This document shows, piece after piece, positions 1 to 10,510 of a stretch of DNA of 64,000 nucleotides. Origin of the DNA: Mercenaria mercenaria (lineage: Eukaryota); assembly GCF_021730395.1 (NCBI RefSeq), contig NC_069364.1:83403972-83467971 (forward strand), in the 5' to 3' direction. Both the position numbers and the translations under genes were made by a program. The notes under the pieces were generated by a model that saw only the letters and a program-made list of their open reading frames with translations, did not search any database and was not told where the DNA came from. Position 1 is the stretch's first letter. Each line of letters starts with the position of its first letter.

Positions 1-910
1 ATCATCAAGATGAACATTCTGACCAACTTTCATACAGATCCCATGAAAAATATGGCCTCTAGAGAGGTCACAAGGTTTTTTTATTATTTGACCTACTGAC
101 CTTCTTTTTGATCGCAGTTGACCCAGTTTCGAACTTGACCTAGATATCATCAAGATGAACATTCTGACCAACTTTCATACAGATCCCATGAAAAATATGG
201 CCTCTAGAGAGGTCACAATGTTTTTTTATTATTTGACCTACTGACCTAGTTTTTGACGGCACATGACCCAGTTTCGAACTTGACCTAGATATCATCAAGA
301 TGAACATTCTGACCAACTTTCGTGAAGATCCCATGAAAAATATGGCCTCTAGAGAGGTCACAAGGTTTTTTTATTATTTGACCTACTGACCTAGTTTTTG
401 CCCGCAGTTGACCCAGTTTCGAACTTGACCTAGATATCATCAAGATGAACATTCTGACCAACTTTCATACAGATCCCATGAAAAATATGGCCTCTAGAGA
501 GGTCACAAGGTTTTTTTATTATTTGACCTACTGACCTAGTTTTTGATCGCAGTTGACCCAGTTTCGAACTTGACCTAGATATCATCAAGATAAACATTCT
601 GACCAACTTTCATACAGATCCCATGAAAAATATGGCCTCTAGAGAGGTCACAAGGTTTTTTTATTATTTGACCTACTGACCTAGTTTTTGATCGCAGTTG
701 ACCCAGTTTCGAACTTGACCTAGATATCATCAAGATAAACATTCTGACCAACTTTCATAAAGATCCCATGAAAAATGTGACCTCTAGAGTGGTCACAAGC
801 AAAAGTTTACGCACGCACGGACGCACGCACGGACGCACGCACGCACGGACGACGGACGCTGCGTGATCACAAAAGCTCACATTGTCACTTTGTGACATGT
901 GAGCTAAAAA
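1..910 (+). mobile_element. HINE/Helentron-like non-autonomous element, 5'-truncated by the window edge. About 5.5 copies of a 145-bp satellite monomer (1-800), an (ACGCACGG)n microsatellite (806-858), and a 3' terminus AAAGCTCACATTGTCACTTTGTGACATGTGAGCTAAAAA
   Basis: The monomer phase repeats every 145 bp, with ATCATCAAG at 1, 146, 291, 436, 581 and 726. The microsatellite is followed by the conserved hairpin-plus-GAGCTAAAAA terminus, the same terminus seen at 15160, 26283, 29897 and 63465. Confidence 0.6.
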
Positions 911-948
911 GAAGAGAGGCATATTTTTAAGTCAGCAAGACGTAAATA

Positions 949-2756
949 CAAGAGAGCCATGATGGCCCTAGGTCGCTCATCAGAGTAACACACCATATCA
1001 GTGTAAACATATGCAACCTGGTGACCAAGTTTTTGACATCACATGACCCAGTTTCACCTTCATCTGAGTTTCCAAGGAGATAAACATTCTGACCATATGT
1101 TTCATGAAGATTGGAGCAAAAGTGTCGCCTCTATAATGTGTAAAAAAGATTTTTCTTTGATTTGTCTAGTTACCTAGTTTTTAACCCAACTGTACCCAAA
1201 TTTAAACTCGTTCGAAATTTCATGGAGACAAATATTCTAACAAATTGTCATTAAGATTAGACCAAAAATGTGGCCAGAGTGTAAATAAGCATTTTTTTAT
1301 TTGAATAAGTGTACTAGTTTTTGACCCAGATAAAAACATGTCCATGATTTCATGAAAACAAATATTCTGAAAAGTTTCATGAAGACTGGAGCAAAAAAGT
1401 GGCATCTAGAATGTAAAACAAGCTTTTCCTTGGATTTTACAAAGTGACCTACTGTTTTTGACTCTACCTGACCCAAATTCAATATCATACAAGACTTTAT
1501 GATATAAAACATTCTGACCAAGTTTTATGAAGATTGAATCAAAAATGTGTAAACAAGCTTTATCTTTGATATGACCTGGTGACATAGTTTTTGATCTCAT
1601 GGATTCAGATAAAAAGTCATTCGTGATTTCATGGAGACAAAGATACTGACCAAGTTTCATGCACATCAGATGAAAAATGCATCCCCTATTGCATACATAA
1701 AGTTTTTCTTTGATTTGATCGGGTGAAATAGTTTTTTGAACCAAGATGACACATATTCGAACTTTACCTAGATTAAATCAGGACAAGCATTCTGACCAAT
1801 TCTCATGAGTTTCAAACTAAAAATAATTGGCCACTAACCTAAGAGTGTTAACAAGATTTTCCTTTGATCTAGCTTAGTGATTTTAATAGATCTTCAAGAT
1901 AAATATTCTGATCAAGTTTCATGAAGATAGGGATTACAAATGTGGCCTCTAGAGTGTTATTAAGCTTTCCTTTTAATTTGGCCATGTGACCTAGTTTCTG
2001 AACTCACACGACCCAAATTCAACTTTTACCTAGAAGTCATCAGACAAACATTCTGGCCAATTCTAATGAGTTTCAAACTTAGAATGTTGTCTCTAGAGTG
2101 TTAACAGGATTTTCATTTGATATGGCCTAGTGACCTAGTTTTTGATCCCACATGACCCAGATTTGAACCTGACCTAGAGATCATCAAGATAAACATTCTG
2201 ATCAAGTTTCATGAAGATAGAGTAATAAATGTAGCCTCTAGAGTGTTAACAAACTTTTTTTCTACAATTTGACCATGTAACCCAAGTTTTGGACCCCACA
2301 CAACCCAGATTCGAACTTGACCTAGAGATCATCAAGATAAAGATTCTGAGCAATTATCATCAGTTTCAAACTTAAAATGTGGTCTCTAGAGTGTTTACAA
2401 TATTTTCCTCTAGACTGGCCTAGTGACCTAGTTTTTGACCGCACATGATCAAGATTTTAACTTGGCCTAGAGGTCATCAAGATCATCAAGATAAACATTC
2501 TGATCAAGTTTCATGAAGATAGGATCATAAATGTGGCCTTTAGAGTGTTAACAAGATTTTCAAATGATGGTATACTGACCTAGTTTTTTATCTTACATGA
2601 CCCAGTTTTGAACTTGACCTAGAGATTAACAAGACAAACATTCTAACTAAGTTTCATAAAGATTGGGTTAACAAGGCAAATGTTGATGAACGCGGGACGA
2701 CAATGACTCGTCACAATAGCTCACCTTGAGCTCTTCATGCTCTGGTGAACTAAAAA
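949..2756 (+). mobile_element. HINE-like element with diverged 130-170-bp monomers. 5' terminus CAAGAGAGCCATGATGGCCCTAGGTCGCTCA, 3' terminus ...TCACAATAGCTCACCTTGAGC...GGTGAACTAAAAA
   Basis: The 5' CAAGAG plus GGCCATGATGGCC palindrome motif is at 949. Degenerate copies of the TGACC..AGTTTTTGA..CATTCTGACCAA..TTCATGAAGAT monomer follow. A terminal ..CTCACC..GTGAACTAAAAA lies at 2700-2756. Confidence 0.5.
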
Positions 2757-3139
2757 CCCAATAAAATATCAGCCATGAATTAGCTTCTTAACACATAATA
2801 AATGTAAGAGCTGTGAATTAAATCAGTAAATACTAAATATCATTTTACCTCACTGTATTGTTGTGTGCCCTTTAAGGCATTATTTTATCATGGGAGATAC
2901 CTACACAGAACTACTAGCTGGATAGCTTCCTCAAAAAGAGGACTGTAGACCTAAGTGAGGTTTTAAAACAAACTCCAACACAGTGTTACTTCCCCTTATC
3001 GGTACAGTAGACACTGCTACCATGTATAAATTGGGCTGAATTTCAGCCGAGTTACATTTTTCATTATTTTAATTTTGTTGTACTAAGATTTTATCTCATT
3101 AGTTAAATATTATATGTTTTGTTAGTAAAACGAGCAAAA

Positions 3140-3900
3140 CAAGAGCTGTCTCCATAGGATGACACATGCCCCCGATGGCACTTTGAATGAATAGTTATGG
3201 CCGATGTTAGAGTTTAGGACCTTTGACCTACGGAGCTGGGTCTTGCGCGCGACACGTCGACTTACTGTGTCACACATTCATGCATAGTTATTTTAAAATC
3301 CATGCATGAATGACAAAGATATGGACTGGACATGCCCATCAATGCACTATCATGAAAAATGACCTTTAACGTCTAAGTGTGACCTTGACCTTTGAGCTAC
3401 GGACCTGGGTCTTGCGTGTGACACGTCGTCTTACTGTGGTACACATTCATGCCAAGTTATTTGAAAATCCATCCATCGATGACAAAGATATGGACCGGAC
3501 ACGCCCATCAATGCACTATCCTTTAACGTCTAAGTGTGACCTTGACCTTTGAGCTACGGACCTGGGTCTTGCGCATGACACGTCGTCTTACTGTGGTACA
3601 CATTCATGCCAAGTAATTTGAAAATCCATCCATCGATGACAAAGATATGGGCCGGACACACCCATCAATGCACTATCCTTTAACGTCTAAGTGTGACCTT
3701 GACCTTTGAGCTATGGACCTGGGTCTTGCGCGCGACACATCGTCTTACTGTGGTACACATTCATGCCAAGTTATTTGAAAATCCATCCATTGATGACAAA
3801 GATATGGACCGGACACGAAAATTGCGCACAGACCGACAGACGGACAGACAGACGGTTCAAAAACTATATGCCTCCCTTCGGGGGCATAAAAAACTAAAAA
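3140..3900 (+). mobile_element. Hairpin-terminated tandem-repeat element of a second terminal type. 5' CAAGAGCTGTCTCC.., four copies of a roughly 155-bp monomer (3218-3830), a (CAGACGGA)n microsatellite, and a terminal hairpin ATGCCTCCCTTCGGGGGCAT (3868-3887)
   Basis: Monomers starting GACCTTTGAGCTACGGACCTGGGTCTTGCG recur at about 155-bp spacing. The microsatellite is at 3826-3858 and is followed by a perfect 8-bp-stem hairpin. Confidence 0.5.
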
Positions 3901-4644
3901 ATAATGCAGTAATACTAAAATTACTTCATTTTCTAATGTTGTGACGCGCACCTGCTAAAAATGCAAACAATGAAATTAGCTGACTGTATTTTGAGTACAG
4001 AGAATTTGACGAGTGACATACTGCAAAATATAGATATCAAATACTTTCATTATGTTGTTAGGTTGTGACATAAATGCCAATCTGACTGTAGATTAAGGCA
4101 AGCATTTGGTTTACTAGGCGTTGCCAAGCGTGCCGCCTGCATTCTAGGATCACGTGGTTGTACTATCTTCAAGTGATTTGCTTGAAGGGAGGGATGATTG
4201 TTTGACAATATTCCTGCATGGAGGTTGGTTTCAAAACCCATGTGATTCAGTCAGTGACCTTAATCACTCCGCCAAGGAGACCCCTTTGACTCGCTCTATT
4301 CAGAAAGGCAATCTGTTATAATTATGTTAGGCTATGTTTAAATTTCAAATCTCATCATGGTAGGAAATGTATTCATTGACAAGTTCTTCAAAATATAACT
4401 TTGGTATAGAGATTTTTCTAATCAGTTGATTTGAATGCCCAGTGTACAAACTGATGGAAAAAAATATTTTACATAAACAGGCATGTGTATTCTGGTAAAT
4501 AAATGCACACACTGTCTTTATATTATCAGCATTTCATTTGTACCACAACTATACATGTAAAGAACGTTACCAAAGTTGCAATTTTACTACTCCATAGTGT
4601 TTTTGTTGACTGAGAAATCTATAAAATCCAAGAAAATTAGTCCT

Positions 4645-4899
4645 TCATAAATTATAATGATTACACATTGTATTAAGTAAAATAAACTCACTACAGAATG
4701 CTCTTGATCTATTTTTTAATGGTACACTTTCTGCCCTCCATGATACTTGTGATGCTGCTGTTGGTACTTGTGCCCCTTTTCCTGCTTTATTTCCTCCACC
4801 TCCATTGAAAGACTCTTCAACTGTATGTGCAAGGAGAGTTCGATGTCCTACAAGACTTCTCATTGATTTATAAGTTTTAACAGCATCCAAATCCATCTG
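4645..4899 (-). CDS. Candidate 3'-terminal coding exon, preceded by the acceptor TTTTTTTAACAG. It is in phase with the upstream proline-rich exon that ends at 6397.
   Basis: An acceptor AG sits immediately 5' of ATGGATTTGGATGCT on the minus strand. The ORF runs to a stop at 4645. The phase-0 donor of exon 6397-7733 matches the phase-0 start here. The product is not recognised. Confidence 0.3.
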   Translation of the reverse strand, partial: QMDLDAVKTYKSMRSLVGHRTLLAHTVEESFNGGGGNKAGKGAQVPTAASQVSWRAESVPLKNRSRAFCSEFILLNTMCNHYNL

Positions 4900-5249
4900 T
4901 TAAAAAAATATTCCCATTAGTACCTGCAAACTATTCATGGTTCTGAAAACTAAATTGTGTGCTTGAGAGAAAACATATTCAACTTGATACTGGACTGCCA
5001 AAAATAACTAACAAAATCCTGCTTTACTTCTGCCAAATTAAAGCCGAGTAAAAGGCTCAATCAATTGAAATTGGAGATATCAAGTTTCCATTACATTCAA
5101 CTTCAATAACATACAGCAGAATTTGCTGTGAAAGAAATCTAAATTTATGTGTGAACTCTGAAGCCTACCTATTTCTGTAATAGACAAATTGTGAAAATTC
5201 GAAACTAGCATTGTCACAGGAGTAACGAATTATGCCCCAATAATATGGC

Positions 5250-6275
5250 CTTGTCACAGAACTAAGCTAAATGTCAAAGCAGAACTTGCTTGACCTTTGA
5301 CCTTAAAACCAATAGGGGTCATCTGCTGCTCATAATCAACATCCCTATGTAGTTACATGATCCTGGACCCAAGCATTCTAAAGTAAATGTCCTGAAATGG
5401 TTTAAATGTTCCGGTCACTCTAACCTTTGACCTTTTGAACTCAAAATCAATAGGGGTCATCTGCTGATCATGACCAACCTCCCTATTAAGTTTCAAGATT
5501 CTATGCCCAAGAATTCTGAAGTTATTGTCTGAAAACTGTTAACTCTTCCAGGTCACTGTGACCTTGACCTGTGACATACTGGCCTCAAAATCAAAATGGG
5601 TCATCTGCTGGCCATGACCAACGTTCAAATTAATATGTATGATCCTAGGCAAAAGCACTCTCAGGTTATCATCTGGATACCATTTAAATGTTTCGGATTA
5701 TTGTGACCCTGAACAATGACCTACTGACCTCAAAGTCAAAACTGACCTGTATTTCATTTTGTAACACCTGTGTACCAAAACCTATGATCCTAGGCCCAAG
5801 CACTCTCAAGTTATCATCCAGAAACCGTTCAATTGTTCTGAGTCATTGTGATCTTGACCTTTGATCTTACTAGCCTTTTAAGTCAAACTTGACCTGTTTT
5901 TCATGATGTTACACCTGTGTACCAAAATTTATAATCCTAGGCAAAAGCATTCTCAAGTCATCATCCGGAAACCAGGGTCATTGTGACCTACTGACCTGAA
6001 AGATGAACCTGACCTGTAATTGACCAAAATGTATGATCCTAGGTCAAAGCATTCTCAAGTTATCATCAGGAAACTGTTTAACTGTTCATGGTCACTGTGA
6101 CCTTGACCTTTGACCTAGTGATATCAAAGTCAAATTTGGTCTGTATTTTCTGAATATACACCTGTGTACCAAAAACTATTTAAATCTGTCAAGCTTTTCA
6201 TGAGTTATTGCCCGGAAACCATGAAAAACCAACTGAATGACAGACAGACAGACCAACCAACCGACCAACAAGCTC
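5250..6275 (+). repeat. Tandem array of about six 145-165-bp monomers (GACCTTGACCTTTGACC...CAATAGGGGTCATCTGCTG...), ending in a (CAGA)n(CCAA)n microsatellite at 6236-6275. It lies inside the predicted intron of the minus-strand proline-rich gene.
   Basis: CAATAGGGGTCAT and GTGACCTTGACCTTTGA blocks repeat directly. The same monomer family occurs at 12100-12480 and 39110-40690. Confidence 0.6.
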
Positions 6276-6396
6276 ACTCTCATATAGCCCCTTAAACTTC
6301 ATTTTGTGGAAGTTTAATAATGACTTTGTTACATGTGTATGAGGTATATCATATTGGCCCAAGAATTCTAGTGCAATATAAACATAAAATAGGTAC

Positions 6397-7733
6397 CTTC
6401 AGTGGTTGCAGTGCCAGTTCTGGTGATGGAGCTCTAACTGACAATAAAGCCTGCACTGGTTCTGCTTCTGTTGAATGGGCCATCTTATCTGCAGCTTCTT
6501 GAACCTTTCTCTCTAGAGATACTTTTAGTTGTTCCATTCGTTGAGGAGATGCCTCATTGGCACTTGTCATAACTTGTGTAGCTTGCTGTTGAACAGATGG
6601 AAAAGCCATCTTAAGGGACTTTTTTTTCATATATACAGAACTTGAACATGATGACATGACTGGTCTTCTAATTTCCAGAAGCTGCTGCATCGGGACTTGT
6701 GCATCATCTCCAGTTCCTAGTGGCGGTGGAGGAGGTGGTGAAGCCATGCCAGATGGAGCTGCAGGCTTTCGTGGCATAAACCCTGATGCAGGTGGTGGTG
6801 GCGGAGGTGCACCCCATAATTTAGCTGAATATGGTTGAGCAACTTCTGGCCTAGGAGGTTGTGGTGGAGCACCCCCTGGTGGTGGTGGAGGTGGTGGTGG
6901 AGCACCTCTTTCAAACATTAAAGACCGAGATGGTGCTCCAAATGAAGAATGCAGACGTTCTTTTCCAGGCAGCGGTGGTGGAGCACCCCCTGGTGGAGGT
7001 GGTGGGGGTGGAGCACCTCTTCCAAACATTAAAGATGAATGTGGTGCTCCAAATGAAGAAGTCTGAGGCAAAGGAAACGATGCTAAATTTGAAAGTGGGG
7101 CTGCTCCCATCAATGGTACTGAATCAAATATAGGTTGTTGACCAAATGCAGGTGGAGGTGGTGGCACTCTTCTTTTTGCAAGGGGCAGAGACTTTGCACA
7201 CAATGATACAGCTTGTAGCTGTTGAGTAACCGCTTTTCTAGGCAGCGGTGGCGAAGCAACCCCTGGTGAAGGTGATGGGGGTGGAGCACCCCCTGGTGGA
7301 GGTGGTGGCAGTGAAAGCTACCCCTGGTGGAGCTGGTGGGGGTCGAGCACCCACTGGTGGAGGTTGAGCACCACTTCCAAACATTAAAGATGGAGATGGT
7401 GCTCCAACCATTGACATTCTAGAAAATGGTGAGGATGCCTGTAAGCAAAAACCTACATCCCTCATCGCTGGCAATGATTCAAACATAGACTCTTTATTAA
7501 ATGTTTGAGATTCAGGCACAGCAGGTTGCTGCTGCTGTTGTGGTTGAAATTCAGGTTGATACATCCTAGAACGTGCAACAGGTGAGCTCTCTATCTTTCT
7601 TTCTTCAGTTTCTGGTAAAGAAGCAAAAACTGCTCGATACATCCTAGAACGTGCAACAGGTGAGCTCTCTGTCTTTCTTTTTTCAGTTTCTGGTAAAGAA
7701 GCAAAAACTGCTCTCTTAATCTTTTTTTTCTGC
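6397..7733 (-). CDS. Long proline-rich coding exon of about 1.34 kb, FH1/WASP-proline-rich-like, with an apparent one-nucleotide frame disruption near 7315-7324.
   Basis: Acceptor TCATATTTGCAG at 7733. Two long ORFs (7238-7795 and 6349-7203) in adjacent frames are reunited by a 1-nt shift. The sequence has repeated RGAPPPPPPPPGGAPP and SLMFGRGAPPPP motifs and ends at the donor CTGAAG|GTACCT near 6397. Confidence 0.4.
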
Positions 7734-8002
7734 AAATATGAAAACATTTTTGTATTATTTGCTACATTATTTTGTGACCTTCGGCCACACATCACAGAAA
7801 ATTAGAGATATTGGTGGCATCTGATGTAGAACTTCAACAATCCTGTTTCGTATCCAGCAATATCTTTATAATGGTGGAAGGCGAAAATAATATAGATTAA
7901 TCCTTCCAATTAATCTTGTTTATTCTGGCTAAATTCCAATTTAATTGTTTGTTTGTAATTTTGCATCGGTTGTCATAACGCTAAGTCGTTGCTATGGAAT
8001 GT

Positions 8003-8296
8003 TTGTTTGTTTGTTTGTTTTGTGTTTAACGCCGTTTTTCAACAGTATTTCAGTCATGTAACGGCGGGCAGTTAACCTAACCAGTATTCCTGGATTCTGA
8101 ACCAGTACAAACCTGTTCTCCGCAAGTAACTGCCAACTTCCCCACATGATTAATCAGAGGTGGAGGACTAATGATTTCAGACACAATGTCGTTTATCAAA
8201 TAGTCACGGAGAACATACGCCCCGCCCGAGGATCGAACTCGCGACCCCGAGATCCGTAGACCAACGCTCTTACCTACTGAGCTAAGCGGGCGGGCT
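8003..8296 (-). mobile_element. tRNA-derived SINE of about 294 bp in minus orientation, with a (GTTT)n/(AAAC)n tail and a 12-bp target-site duplication GCTATGGAATGT (7991-8002 and 8297-8308)
   Basis: The reverse complement begins CCCGCCCGCTTAGCTCAGTAGGTAAGAGCGTTGGTCTACGGATC..GGGTCGCGAGTTCGATCCTCGGGCGGGG, a tRNA-like head with A/B-box-like segments. It is about 94% identical to the copy at 26511-26800. Perfect direct repeats flank it. Confidence 0.75.
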
Positions 8297-8835
8297 GCTA
8301 TGGAATGTATCGCGAGATTTCGTAGCAGACGATAATTTATAAGTAAAGTCACGTGTTTGCCGTGCTTCCGATTTGCCATTCAGCACGAGGCCGTTTTAAG
8401 AACAACCCGCCCACCGCACCCCTTTTTTAGCATAATTTAAATACTATTTCGTTTGTTTTATGATACTATAGATTTTCAATCAATAATTATAATGGTAAAG
8501 TATTAAGGCAGTTACACGTTGTATGCAATACTTGCCTATTTTTACAACATTCTTGTTACTTTTTTGCTGCCGAGTTTTTCTCACTCTTTCAGAATGCTTT
8601 ACTTTTTATGGCATCAGATGTTAAAGCACATGAGCCAAGAAACGCTATAACCAGAATCGACACAATATGCTACTTTTGAAGTTCAACATCATAGTGTCGC
8701 TCAGAAGCCAATGATTATATCATTCAGCCTTATTCGGAAGGATCACAGGATACGATGAAACCGGTGACACTGTGATGGAAATGTATTCTGTACTAGTTCA
8801 AAATATCTATATTGACCGTTAACATTCACCAGCGT

Positions 8836-9170
8836 TAACTTTTACTTGTGTTTAAATGTGCTTATTTAAAGAACTTGACACTTTAAGACATCTTTACCTA
8901 ATTTATGATTTTGATTACTTATACCATTTGTAATCAGATGTACATGGTGACATTTAGAAATGATGTGAAGTGCCTGCGTTTAGGAGATACATATATTCCT
9001 GTTTGTTAACTTTTACTTAGGTTTAAAGGTGCTTATTTGAAACACTTGACTCTAAGACATTTTGCCTAGTTTATGATTATGATTACTTATACCATTTGCA
9101 AATCAGATGTACATGGTGACAGTTATAAATGATGTGAAGTGAGGGCGTCAAGGAGATACATATATTCCTG
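8836..9170 (+). repeat. Two tandem copies of a roughly 167-bp unit (TTAACTTTTACTT..GGTGCTTATTT..CAGATGTACATGGTGACA..GGAGATACATATATTCCTGTTTGT)
   Basis: The two copies are read directly and are about 90% identical. Confidence 0.5.
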
Positions 9171-9324
9171 TTTGTCATTTTAAAATTGCTTAGCTTGTTA
9201 TCTTAAGCCGGTACCAGAACTTATAACTTTAAACTCTAAATATTTTCTTTTACTTTCATCTCTTTTATTTATTTTCTCTCTTCTAATCTTTCTTCTGTCA
9301 TACTGGCGGAAAATTCTTACGTCT

Positions 9325-9935
9325 GGGTGCGACTAGGGCATGCCATACTGAGTTGTTAACTGTCAATTACTAAATCTTTTTGCATACTCATGGGTCCCTG
9401 ACCAGCCGCCGCCATTTACCGGGGTTGGTGACACTCGTGGGTTCAAAATTCAATTTTTTCTGGTTCATTTTTTCGAGCATTTAAGAATTGGCCAGAGAGC
9501 GAAAAGGGCTAGGCGTTCTTATAGCTGCTCAACCATTTACATAGGTTACATTTGTTGTTATTAGGTTTATGTTGCGCCAATGGTATCTGGTTCGTATATG
9601 GTACATGGTGTACCTGGTTATTGTATGGTACCAAAGGGGTACCTGGTTTGTATAAGGTACATGGAAGTACCTTGTTCGTATATGGTACAAAATGGGTACC
9701 GGGTTCGTATATGGTACATGGAAGTACCTGGTCCGTGTATGGTACAAAATGGGTACCGGGTTCGTATATGGTACATGGAAGTACCTGGTTCGTATATGGT
9801 ACAAAATGGGTACCTGGTTTGTAAATGGTACATGGAAGTACCTGGTTTTTATATGGTACCAAAGGTGGTGCCTGGTTCTACCTGGCTTTGGCGCAACGAG
9901 GTTCAAATTATCTAAGGCATGCCCGGGTCGCACCC
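9325..9935. mobile_element. Foldback/MITE-like element. The 20-bp terminal inverted repeats are GGGTGCGACTAGGGCATGCC and its partner GGCATGCCCGGGTCGCACCC. It encloses about ten copies of a 57-bp minisatellite (9590-9870), itself a dimer of a 28-29-bp subunit containing GGTACC. Inner inverted repeats are TTGCGCCAA and TTGGCGCAA.
   Basis: TIRs are at 9325-9344 and 9916-9935 with 2 mismatches. The internal unit is GTACCTGGTTCGTATATGGTACAAAATGGGTACCGGGTTCGTATATGGTACATGGAA. Confidence 0.45.
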
Positions 9936-10510
9936 TTTGTGAGGATTTTCAACTTCAATCGCCATTTAACGTTTGAAGTTGTAAGCCACTATGACCGTCT
10001 TTCAATCCACACTTACCCTAAACGTAAAAATAAACTTGTGTTTATAATCGGAAGTGTTTTTATTTTCTTTTAAACAGGAAAGCTTAGGTTATATGATGGT
10101 ACATCAACCTAGGAATTCTATCCTAGAATAAAAATCACTGCTGGCATAATTTTTGTATTGGAAAGTCTAAAAACAAACTGGTCATGATGGTGCTAAATTG
10201 CTAACACAAGTTACAATTTTTGCAGAGAATCATCAAAGAGACATTTCAAGGGTGGGCCTTCAAAATGTGATTAACATTGGTGAAGGACATGTTACAAAAT
10301 AAAGCAGATTGTGCTATCTGGTTTTAAATTAGTATGTCCTTTCTAGCCTTTAATATCAGCTAGTGGAATCTGCAAGATCTGTCACAGGAGACAGCAGACT
10401 TGGCTATTTTGATGCTGAATTGTGAAACTGGGCACATATTTGAAGTTTGAATCAAATAAGTGAGATAGAATAGAAATGCATTACAACTTGAACCTCTGAA
10501 ATTCTAGCAA

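Noticed and set aside
140-1744. Multiple listed ORFs (140-361, 1220-1405, 1297-1521, 1406-1744) inside the satellite arrays
   Set aside because: They lie entirely within 145-bp tandem monomers, their peptides are periodic and repeat-derived, they have no splice context, and every array copy spawns similar ORFs (also at 10481-10741, 61531-62160 and others).
6656-7133. Gly-rich plus-strand ORFs (6656-6838, 6861-7133) and the His-rich minus ORF (6717-6914)
   Set aside because: They are alternative-frame or antisense readings of the CCN/GGN-rich proline-rich exon (GGTGGTGGAGG...). The proline frame is the one with splice-site support and the long open frame.
8077-8379. Listed 100-aa ORF on the minus strand
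   Set aside because: It overlaps the SINE head and body at 8003-8296. The element is noncoding and the same sequence in the other copy is not open.
9509-10073. Cluster of six overlapping ORFs on both strands with YGTW/VPYT repeats
   Set aside because: They are generated by the 57-bp GGTACC-rich minisatellite inside the foldback element. The peptides are periodic and readable in all frames on both strands.
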